From an uncultured Oligoflexus sp. (lineage in GTDB: Bacteria > Bdellovibrionota_B > Oligoflexia > Oligoflexales > Oligoflexaceae): a stretch of 10,611 nt of DNA. This document shows, in pieces, positions 1 through 7,411 of the stretch; within the stretch, counting starts at the first letter, position 1, and each line of letters begins with the position of its first letter. The notes under the pieces are model-generated. The model worked only from the letters and a program-made list of their open reading frames with translations. It was not told the origin of the DNA and did no database searches. A program made the translations under genes and the position numbers. The stretch is taken from NCBI GenBank assembly GCA_964236955.1, contig CAXSGP010000132.1, positions 1 to 10,611 of the forward strand, in the 5' to 3' direction.

Positions 1-172
1 TGGGACGTTTTGACATCATTGATTGATGCAGGCGAACCGACAAAAACAAACCAGGGAGTTTGATTGTAGAATGGTGTGCAGACCTCAAGGAGACTTGGGG
101 AGCCTAAAGTTCTAGGATCGACACCCACCATGAATTGGTGGGTTCCCTCGCAAATCAATGCTCCAGGGCACC
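1..172 (+). ncRNA. ssrS: 6S RNA (5' end cut off by the window edge)
   Basis: Rod-like fold by eye: CATTGATT 17-24/AATCAATG 153-160; TGC-AGG 27-32/CCT-GCA 146-152; GAACC 34-38/GGTTC 141-145; A-rich unpaired bubble strand 39-53; GGG 54-56/CCC 124-126; TAGAA 67-71/TTCTA 110-114; apical CCTCAAG-GAGA-CTTGGGG 83-100. The motif order GAACC..GGGAG..GGTGTGCA..AGCCT..CACCCACC..GGTTC is what I recall for 6S RNAs. A terminator follows. Ends are approximate. Confidence 0.85.
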
Positions 173-186
173 CTACCTATGGAATG

Positions 187-223
187 AAAAACCCGATCCC
201 GCTTGCCGCGTGACCGGGTTTTT
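187..223. terminator. Bidirectional intrinsic terminator
   Basis: AAAAACCCG 187-195 / CGGGTTTTT 215-223 with inner TC/GA and CGC/GCG pairs. It has a U-tract on both strands and lies between the convergent 6S RNA and Hpt gene. Confidence 0.8.
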
Positions 224-253
224 AACGTTAGCGACTGAGCGGGAGCGACGGCT

Positions 254-622
254 TCAGACTGCTTTTTTCCGGCGTTCCATCTCAAGGATTGATAGTTCGA
301 TGACCGCTGCTTCAGCTTCCATCCGCAATTCAGCAAAGGCGATTGCAATTGCAGGCCAGTCAAGCGTGTGCCCATAGTTTTCGAGGCTTTGACACATAGT
401 GCTGACCCGGACGGCACCGAGCTGAGCGGAGCTGGATTTTAGACTGTGCGAATGGAATATGACCGCTCTGCCGTCCTGCTCCCCGATAGCTACCTTCAAG
501 CTTTTTTGGGTGGCTTCGATCTGGTCTTTATAGGGAGGAAACAGATCGGAAAGGTAAAGATTGTTGCCAAATAATTCATCGAGAACGGCAAGGGTTTCAT
601 AATCGATGACTGACTGTCCCAT
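254..622 (-). CDS. Stand-alone histidine phosphotransfer (Hpt) domain protein
   Basis: Hpt signature HSLKSSSAQLGA..VSTMCQSLE in a helical 122 aa protein. Start moved from 649 to ATG 622 (MGQSVID), which has a GAGGAG RBS just upstream. Confidence 0.88.
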   Translation of the reverse strand: MGQSVIDYETLAVLDELFGNNLYLSDLFPPYKDQIEATQKSLKVAIGEQDGRAVIFHSHSLKSSSAQLGAVRVSTMCQSLENYGHTLDWPAIAIAFAELRMEAEAAVIELSILEMERRKKAV

Positions 623-1066
623 TTTCTTCTCCTCTGAAACCACAGACACACTATAGAGTTCCTATTCGGTACGAGTGAGTCTAAAACTGAATAAAGATGC
701 CGGTGGTAAAGGACTTGTTAGTTTGAGGGATGGAGGCTAGGCTTGCGTCGCCTCATAATTACCAATACTTAGTAGCAGTATTTTGCTAACGAAAGGGCAT
801 TGAGACTTTCAATTTCTGACTTATTCTTCAGAATTTCGTTGCTGTCTTTTTCTTGTGGCTTGAAAATTAAAATTTCCAGTTTTTTCCAGTTGGCACTCAG
901 GGACTCCTCGTATTGTATCGCTATTGGCAGCTCGGTTCGATCGGACTCCGGGAGTTGAAGGGAAACATAGGTGCCCCCCTCTCTCACGAAAACCTAAGCA
1001 CTCCATTCACTGCGTGACATTGCGAAACGTCCAACGCCCCCTGCAGCGGATTGCCCCGCACAGCCT

Positions 1067-2056
1067 TCAGTTAGGCTCCGGTGGAGCGAAAAAAGCCCGC
1101 ATCGCCTCCAAGGCCTTTTTATGATAACGCTTAAAGGCAGGAAGCGTAAAACCCAATTCCTCCGCCGCCTCCCGATAGCTTCGTTCCTCAAAATAGAGCT
1201 TTTTTATGATCGAAGCTTCCGGCTCATCGAGTTGCTGAAGAGCTTCATCCAGCATCTTGACGTTCTCGACTTCTAAAATCATCCCCAGTTGGTCGAGGCT
1301 AAAATCAGCGACCTCTAGCTCTTCAAGAATATGGTCATGTTCGAAGGGCTGGCCGGATCCCCACACGGCTTCGGTAGCAAGGATCTCCTTCGCCTCATTT
1401 TCCGAAATCTTAAGTTCGCGAAGAATAATCTCACGGGTCAGTGTTAAATCGCGGATATGATAGTCCTCGCGAAGCCTCGCTAGTGTCGCAAGCTTTTTGA
1501 GTACGCTGGGTGGCACCGGATGCCGATTGCGTTGCTCCTCCCTCATGCTCTCACGCATAAAAGACCAGGCAAAGCTTTTAAAAGATCCCTTGGGGCGTTT
1601 AAAAAACTTTTGAGCCGCCATGAATAGAGCTTCGCGCCCCACGCTCATCAACTCCTGAAATTCAGCCTCGTCTTCGAACTGAGTGGATATGTGATGACGT
1701 TTTGCCGCCTTTTTAACAAGTTCCCAATGGGTTTCGACCAGCCGGGCTGGTAGCACATTCCAAGCGGCAAGCAGCGCTTTGCCTTCGGGATCCTCCGGCG
1801 CAAAGTCGCCCATCTGTCGGGTCAGCTTCGCATGCAACGGATGCAGATCCCAAATCGTGAGCATCACGGAACGCGCAGCCTGCTCCAGCCTGATTTGATA
1901 GTCTCGTTCTTTTTCAATTTCACTTTGTTCATCGTCTATTTTTTGCGTCGCGACTTTAGCCAACAGCTTTTGAGTGTCGATCAGCTTCAAAGTCTCGATT
2001 TTTTTGACAGCATATTGCCATATATGTGCTGCAGTTTCTAAAGCAGTAGCTCCCAT
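1067..2056 (-). CDS. Divergent sigma-70 family RNA polymerase sigma factor (group 3-like architecture)
   Basis: Region 2-like LVETHWELVKKAAKRH..ELMSVGREALFMAAQKF..SFKSFAWSFMRESM; region 3-like helices; region 4 LDEALQQLDEPEASIIKKLYFEERSYREAAEELGFT..HKKALEAMR. AAGGGG RBS before the ATG. Confidence 0.85.
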   Translation of the reverse strand: MGATALETAAHIWQYAVKKIETLKLIDTQKLLAKVATQKIDDEQSEIEKERDYQIRLEQAARSVMLTIWDLHPLHAKLTRQMGDFAPEDPEGKALLAAWNVLPARLVETHWELVKKAAKRHHISTQFEDEAEFQELMSVGREALFMAAQKFFKRPKGSFKSFAWSFMRESMREEQRNRHPVPPSVLKKLATLARLREDYHIRDLTLTREIILRELKISENEAKEILATEAVWGSGQPFEHDHILEELEVADFSLDQLGMILEVENVKMLDEALQQLDEPEASIIKKLYFEERSYREAAEELGFTLPAFKRYHKKALEAMRAFFAPPEPN

Positions 2057-2297
2057 TCTTAACCCCTTTCTGGCCTTTAGCTCATTCCAAAACTCTACCT
2101 AGGCTTGCCTTTTTCGTGTCGATTCTGCACACTGGCTTATCGGCAAGCTCGTGAACTCAGCTCTTTCAAATCGGCAGTCGCTTGAGGGCTTCTGTTTCAA
2201 CTTCAAGTCCTTAAGCAAAGCCCGATTGAGGTTTCATCGCCTTAAGACTTTGGGCCAAGGGATTTTTCAAGCTTTCTCTAAAAGGCACTATCATTCA

Positions 2298-2684
2298 ATG
2301 AATCTAGCATTTTATGGAACACTTAGAGATCCTGACGTACTTCATCTTATCAGGGCTGGCAAACCGGATTCTGGCTTTTTCTGCAGCAGAACCGTGAAAG
2401 GCTGGATTTGTCTTCGCATTGATGGTGAAGCCTATCCACTTTTACGCAGCGATCCCAGCGCCACTGCAATATTTCATTTATATCACGATTGCTCCGAAGT
2501 ATCGTGGAGAAGACTGATTGAATATGAAGGTCCGGAATAGGAATGGAGAGTGCTTGAGATCGACCGTCGGTCCTATCGCGTTTTCATGGCTGGACCGACC
2601 GTGATGGCAAGTTCGGAGGCCTGGGATCTAGAAACATTTCAAAGCCGAGACAAAGACTGCTATCTTACCCGACACCTGGTCTGA
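2298..2684 (+). pseudogene. Gamma-glutamylcyclotransferase (GGCT/AIG2-like) gene interrupted by in-frame TAG at 2538-2540
   Basis: Begins MNLAFYGTLRDPDVL (FYGTL motif) and contains GEAYPLL and LIEYEGPE. After the TAG the same frame continues EWRVLEIDRRSYRVFMAG..WDLETFQSRDKDCYL to TGA 2682-2684, resembling the AIG2-like C-terminus. 128 codons in total. Confidence 0.75.
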
Positions 2685-2746
2685 CACTTCCCTAGGCTAT
2701 CGATCCGCAGCGTACTAGACAGTTTTGGACCTGAGGAGTTCCGTCG

Positions 2747-3904
2747 ATGATATTCAAATCCGTCCTTATATCCTGCCTTGTTTTGAGTGTCTTTGGTAGC
2801 GCCTGTGGCAAGAAACGCAAAAAATCAGCTGCTGTAGAGTTTTTCATACATGGCGATCCCTTGCTGCTCGTCAATGGGAATGAGCTTAGCCCCAGTTTTC
2901 TTACTCTTGAAAATTTCGCCAGCTATAACGATTTTCATATAGCGGGAGCAACCTCTTTTATCGAACGCGAGCCAAAAGCTGCCCCGACCTCTTACGAGCA
3001 GGTTGAAAAAGACAACAGTACCGAGGTCCCTGAGGGTAAAATTGAAAATGAGTTTGCCCTTGTCCGATATTCATTCACCCAGGTGACTGCCACTCGCTAT
3101 GTCTATGGCCCAATTGATGGAGGGAAGGGTTATCGACTGGGGTTTGAGCTCAAAGATGGTTTGCTGGATATGGTCGATTTCAACAATTATCCTGTCGTTT
3201 CCAAACATTTTAGTTTGAAGGCCGACGGCAAGGCCTTCAGTATTCTCGTTTCCTATCAGGATGCAGCGATCGGCAAACTCCTGACCGCCTTTTATTTCGC
3301 CGCCTCGACGCCGGAAAACCCTATAGTGAAAGCCACTCAGGCCTTCGCCTATCTCCTTGCCAATGTCAAAGTCCGCTGGGACGAGCCGTTGAAAATAGAA
3401 GCTTGCGGAAAATTCGATCCGCTTTCAGCCGAAAGCATCAAATCCAGCGCCCTCGCTTGGGGTAGCGATTACGCGCCAAGTGCCACCCAGCGTCCCGTGA
3501 TCTTTAGCAGCCGCGAAACCTTCGCGCCTTTTTCCGATCTAAACCAGCACTGTATTTTTCTCATCAGCAATTTTAAGCTGGAAAACAGCAGCGATTTTTA
3601 TACCGCGGGTGTGACCCTGCCTGTTATCAACCTCGCCAGCAAATACATAATCGATAGTGATATTATGCTCTTTATGGATCATCCCCAGGTGTCGAGACAG
3701 GTCACGACGGGGACGAAAAGCTCCATTCTCATGCATGAGATGGGTCATTTCTATGGGCTAGGTCATGAATTCAGCACCGATCCCAAAGGTGTCCCCATTC
3801 ACCCGAGTATCATGGCCTACCGCAATCAAACGCTGGAGATTTCCCCCTGGGATTTTGATGCTATTCGGGAGCTTTATGGGGAATCGCTGGGACTTGCCCC
3901 GTGA
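2747..3904 (+). CDS. Lipoprotein zinc metalloprotease, metzincin clan (matrixin/M10-like)
   Basis: Signal peptide ending in a lipobox-like FGSA-C. Zinc motif HEMGHFYGLGH (HExxHxxGxxH), Met-turn SIMAY, and closing helix DFDAIRELYG. Confidence 0.88.
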   Translation: MIFKSVLISCLVLSVFGSACGKKRKKSAAVEFFIHGDPLLLVNGNELSPSFLTLENFASYNDFHIAGATSFIEREPKAAPTSYEQVEKDNSTEVPEGKIENEFALVRYSFTQVTATRYVYGPIDGGKGYRLGFELKDGLLDMVDFNNYPVVSKHFSLKADGKAFSILVSYQDAAIGKLLTAFYFAASTPENPIVKATQAFAYLLANVKVRWDEPLKIEACGKFDPLSAESIKSSALAWGSDYAPSATQRPVIFSSRETFAPFSDLNQHCIFLISNFKLENSSDFYTAGVTLPVINLASKYIIDSDIMLFMDHPQVSRQVTTGTKSSILMHEMGHFYGLGHEFSTDPKGVPIHPSIMAYRNQTLEISPWDFDAIRELYGESLGLAP

Positions 3905-3974
3905 CATTCCTTGTTCCGGCTGGGTAAGGGTGTTAACTTAGGCCCGACTCCTCAGTCGTCGCTACAGGAACATT

Positions 3975-4919
3975 ATGGCTCGCGAATCGATAGGGCGCTT
4001 TCAACAATTCAAGATCTATGTCAAGCGCCGCGGTCGTTTCCTCGCCACAGGCATTTTGTTGTCCTTAGTCTTTCATATTATTGTCCTTAGTCTGATGCCT
4101 GAACGTATTAGGAAAAAGCCGGTGGCGCGGATACCGATTACCCTCAGCATAAAAAAAAAGTCCAAAACCCCAGTTCCTCCAGCCAAGGGCCGGAAACCAA
4201 CCCCCCAGGATGATCCCAAACAAATCATCGAAGCCCCTCTGAGGCCAACCGAAGCTCCCGATAAACCCGCGCATCTGGGACGCCAGGATCATAAGGCCGT
4301 CGAGGAGCAAAAGCTGGTCCCAAAGGCTTCCCTCAAGGGGGCCGACAGTTCAGCCTTACAAAACGGCCGCCTTCGAATAGAAGGGGGTATCCCTGACAAT
4401 AAGGGAACGATCCCGGTCCCAGCTAAGCAGGGTAAACAATACAGCTCCCTGCTTCCGCAGCAAGGCGACATCATCAACCTGGCTCATAACGATTATATTC
4501 CCAACCCGAAACTCGCCAAAGGTGTGATGCTCGATGTAAACACCACGGATTTTCGTTGGATCGGTTACTTTTCTCTGGTGAGGCGTCAGGTGGAAATGGC
4601 CTTTACCGATATCGGTCCAACTCTGCGACGTTCGCCCTATGTGAAGAGCCGCTTAAGTGAATCGGGCAAGGCGAGTTTTCAAGGGGAAAGTAAAATCAAG
4701 CTTAAGATAGAAAAGAGTGGTTTATTGAGCGACACCAAGCTTATTGCAAGTTCGGGCGACCAAGAAATCGATGATTTTTGGAATAAGATTTTGAATGTCG
4801 CGGCGCCCTATCCCCCGCTTCCCAAAGATTTTCCCGAGGACTTTCTGGAATTCACCTACACCCTTTATTACGACATCGTTATTCAAAACGATCAGAAGCT
4901 TAGGCGTTTCGTCTATTAA
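3975..4919 (+). CDS. TonB/TolA-like energy transducer family protein
   Basis: N-terminal TM helix with SxxxH (ILLSLVFHIIVL), a Pro/Lys-rich linker, and a C-terminal TonB_C-like domain (IEKSGLL..LIASSGDQEIDD..AAPYPPLP). Confidence 0.82.
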   Translation: MARESIGRFQQFKIYVKRRGRFLATGILLSLVFHIIVLSLMPERIRKKPVARIPITLSIKKKSKTPVPPAKGRKPTPQDDPKQIIEAPLRPTEAPDKPAHLGRQDHKAVEEQKLVPKASLKGADSSALQNGRLRIEGGIPDNKGTIPVPAKQGKQYSSLLPQQGDIINLAHNDYIPNPKLAKGVMLDVNTTDFRWIGYFSLVRRQVEMAFTDIGPTLRRSPYVKSRLSESGKASFQGESKIKLKIEKSGLLSDTKLIASSGDQEIDDFWNKILNVAAPYPPLPKDFPEDFLEFTYTLYYDIVIQNDQKLRRFVY

Positions 4920-4927
4920 AATCGGAT

Positions 4928-5401
4928 TCAGGCTTTTTCCGATTTTTTACGATTGCAGGGTTCGCAGAGGCCGTCGAGTTGAAACAGATGTTCTTTGGGT
5001 TCGAACTTTTTCTGGGTTCGCATAAACCATAGCAGCGGCGCGATGATGTCTTCGGGAATATGCATCTCGGCAGCGGCCTGACAGTCGATGCAGCGGGTCA
5101 TAATGTGGGGCGAGGTTGCACAGGCAAGATGGGTGCAGGCTATATAATCGCCGTTTGGAGCCACCCGGTGAACGAGCCCCAGTTCAGCGAAGCGATCGAG
5201 GATCCGATAGACCGTGACGCTATCGATCGACTCAGACTTTTCAAGGAGCGATTCGGTCCTCTGGAAAATCTCTTTGGGTGAAAGGGCGACCTTCGCGCTC
5301 GCCAAGCAGTCGATCAATGCCAAACGAGGTTTGGTCAAACGGGCTCCGGACTCCTTGAGAGTCTTGACACACATTTCTTGAAAGTTATCTACTTTTGCCA
5401 T
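4928..5401 (-). CDS. Fur family transcriptional regulator, Zur-like
   Basis: GARLTKPRLALI, TVYRILDRFAELGLVHRV, YIACTH, and two CxxC pairs (CIDC, GLCEPC). The YxxCxH segment resembles E. coli Zur more than the HHH motif of Fur. Start moved from 5509 to ATG 5401 (MAKVD), which has a GGGAGAGG RBS. Confidence 0.88.
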   Translation of the reverse strand: MAKVDNFQEMCVKTLKESGARLTKPRLALIDCLASAKVALSPKEIFQRTESLLEKSESIDSVTVYRILDRFAELGLVHRVAPNGDYIACTHLACATSPHIMTRCIDCQAAAEMHIPEDIIAPLLWFMRTQKKFEPKEHLFQLDGLCEPCNRKKSEKA

Positions 5402-5502
5402 GCGGCCTCTCCCTGTACCCTTAGCATTCCAAGGAAGGACATACCTTTTCTCGGCCAGAAAATCCATGCTTTCCTTGGATGACATTTTGAACCCAGTATG
5501 TC

Positions 5503-5531
5503 TCGCCATAGCTTTGATTTTGCTCTAGAAT
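5503..5531 (+). promoter_or_regulatory. Putative sigma-70 promoter for the ABC ATPase gene
   Basis: TCGCCA (5503-5508) - 17 bp - TAGAAT (5526-5531), upstream of RBS AAGGAG 5552-5557. Confidence 0.45.
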
Positions 5532-5562
5532 ACAGTCAAAGCCGGGAGCAAAAGGAGCCGCT

Positions 5563-7269
5563 ATGCAGACGCCCATCCTAAAAGTGGAGAATCTTTCGGT
5601 TCGATTTGAGGACAAAATCCGAGGATCACACACGGCGGTGAAGGATATAAGCTTCGAACTTTACAAAGGCAAGAGTCTGGCCATAGTCGGCGAATCAGGA
5701 AGTGGGAAAAGCGTGTCTTCGCTTGCGCTGATGGGACTCTTGCCCCCCACTGCGCAGGTCATCGCCAAGTCCATGCAGCTTGCCGAACTCGATCTTCTGA
5801 AACTGGATAAACCTACAAGACGCAAGCTTTGTGGAAAACGCATGGCCATGATTTTTCAGGAGCCGATGAGTTCGCTCAATCCCCTGGTCGCCGTCGGTGA
5901 TCAAATTGTTGAATCTTTGCTCCTTCATATGAGCTATGGCAAAGAGGTCGCCTTTAAGCGGGCACTGGAGCTTATTGATCAGGTGGGCCTGCCGGTTCCC
6001 GTGAATATTTACAAGCGTTATCCCCACGAACTCTCGGGCGGGCAGTTGCAGCGTATTATGATTGCCATGGCCATTGGCTGTGAACCCGATCTTCTGATCG
6101 CGGACGAACCCACAACCGCGCTTGATGTCACGATTCAAAAGCAGGTCATAGAACTGCTGGTGAGTCTGCAGGACCAGTATCAGATGAGTTTGCTCTTCAT
6201 CACTCATGATCTGGCGCTGGTTGCTGATCTCGCCGATGATGTGGCCGTTATGTATCGGGGGGAGATGATAGAAAAGGGCCAGACCATCGATGTCTTTGCC
6301 AAGCCGCAGCAGGCCTATACAAGAGGCTTACTGGCCTGCCGTCCGCCTCTGCATAAGCGGCCGCGGCGTCTTCTGACAGTATCGGACTTTGTTGATCATG
6401 CGCTGCCCGTTGTTGATTATACGCCGGTGCCGACGCATTCGACCCAGGAGACTATACTCGAACTTCAATCCCTGACGAAGGTCTACATTCAGAAAAAGCA
6501 TTTTTTTGCCGAACCCGACAAATTTTTTGCAGTCGATCATGTCGATTTAAAGGTGCGAAAAGGCATGCGCCTCGGGATCGTTGGGGAATCAGGTTGCGGC
6601 AAGACGACCCTGGCGCGCAGTATCATACGTCTGGTCGAGCCCAGTTCCGGCTCTATCCTTTTCGAGGGTCGCGACATTACGCATCTTTCTGACAAGGAAC
6701 TCATGCCCGTCAGGAGGCGGATTCAGTACATCTTTCAGAACCCCTATGCCGCTCTCAATCCCCGCATGACGGTTGGCGAGATTATTACAGAGCCTTTGCT
6801 TATCCATGGCGTCGGCGGCACCCGTAAGGAACGTTTTGAAGCGGCTGCCGCGCAGATCGAGTCGGTTGGACTCACAAGAGGCATGCTGCATCGCTTTCCC
6901 CATGAGTTCTCAGGTGGGCAGCGACAAAGAATCTGCATCGCCAGGGCTTTGATGCTTAATCCGGAGATATTGGTTTGTGATGAATGTGTATCAGCCCTTG
7001 ATGTTTCGGTCCAGGCCCAGATTTTGAATTTGCTCCAGGATATTCAGGATAAACGGAGAATCACCTTTATCTTCATTTCCCATGACCTCGCCGTGGTCAA
7101 ATATTTTGCGGAGGAGATCTGTGTCATGAGCAAGGGGAAGATCATCGAGCAGGGTAAATCTGAAGAAATCTATGGCAATCCTCAGCATAGCTTTACGCAG
7201 AGACTTTTAAATGCGATTCCTAAGGGAATTCCCAAAGGGGCTTTGCAGGCCAATCCCTCCTTCTACTAA
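5563..7269 (+). CDS. Peptide/nickel ABC transporter ATP-binding protein with two fused ATPase domains (DppD-DppF/YejF/GsiA type)
   Basis: Two Walker A motifs ([16 protein letters not shown]), signatures YPHELSGGQ and [12 protein letters not shown], Walker B motifs [12 protein letters not shown] and [13 protein letters not shown]-loops ITHDL and ISHDL. AAGGAG RBS. Confidence 0.95.
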   Translation: MQTPILKVENLSVRFEDKIRGSHTAVKDISFELYKGKSLAIVGESGSGKSVSSLALMGLLPPTAQVIAKSMQLAELDLLKLDKPTRRKLCGKRMAMIFQEPMSSLNPLVAVGDQIVESLLLHMSYGKEVAFKRALELIDQVGLPVPVNIYKRYPHELSGGQLQRIMIAMAIGCEPDLLIADEPTTALDVTIQKQVIELLVSLQDQYQMSLLFITHDLALVADLADDVAVMYRGEMIEKGQTIDVFAKPQQAYTRGLLACRPPLHKRPRRLLTVSDFVDHALPVVDYTPVPTHSTQETILELQSLTKVYIQKKHFFAEPDKFFAVDHVDLKVRKGMRLGIVGESGCGKTTLARSIIRLVEPSSGSILFEGRDITHLSDKELMPVRRRIQYIFQNPYAALNPRMTVGEIITEPLLIHGVGGTRKERFEAAAAQIESVGLTRGMLHRFPHEFSGGQRQRICIARALMLNPEILVCDECVSALDVSVQAQILNLLQDIQDKRRITFIFISHDLAVVKYFAEEICVMSKGKIIEQGKSEEIYGNPQHSFTQRLLNAIPKGIPKGALQANPSFY

Positions 7270-7411
7270 GAGACATGACGGTCTGCATGGCCCGGTCCCG
7301 CAATTATTAAAGAATGGGGAATACGGCACGTTGGGGACTAAGGCCCCTGGCGAAACGTCTCAAATTTTTTTGTAACTCGCACTTGAGCCCAGGGGCATTT
7401 CTTAATGATGC

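Noticed and set aside
1..63. Open frame WDVLTSLIDAGEPTKTNQGV* as the 3' end of a CDS
   Set aside because: It overlaps the well-supported 6S RNA fold and has no recognisable protein motif.
112..417. ORFs 112-417 (-) and 135-377 (+)
   Set aside because: They overlap the Hpt gene, terminator and 6S RNA, and show no motifs.
726..800. Fluoride riboswitch-like GGATGGAG..GCTAA
   Set aside because: It lacks the pseudoknot partner (TGACTCC-type) and the normal P1 stem, and there is no plus-strand gene downstream.
2151..2297. N-terminal extension of the GGCT ORF from GTG 2151
   Set aside because: The FYGTL motif normally lies at the extreme N-terminus, so ATG 2298 fits better.
2538..2540. Genome-wide TAG reassignment
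   Set aside because: The nine other genes are uninterrupted under the standard code, and absence of TAG stops in nine genes is too small a sample.
5402..5509. N-terminal extension of the Fur-family ORF
   Set aside because: ATG 5401 has a strong RBS and gives a typical Fur length. The extension runs into the divergent promoter region.
5402..5562. Canonical Fur/Zur box
   Set aside because: No GATAATGATAATCATTATC-like or GAAATGTTATANTATAACATTTC-like palindrome is visible.
5661..7188. Several antisense ORFs within the ABC ATPase gene
   Set aside because: These are shadow frames of a conserved gene with no independent evidence.
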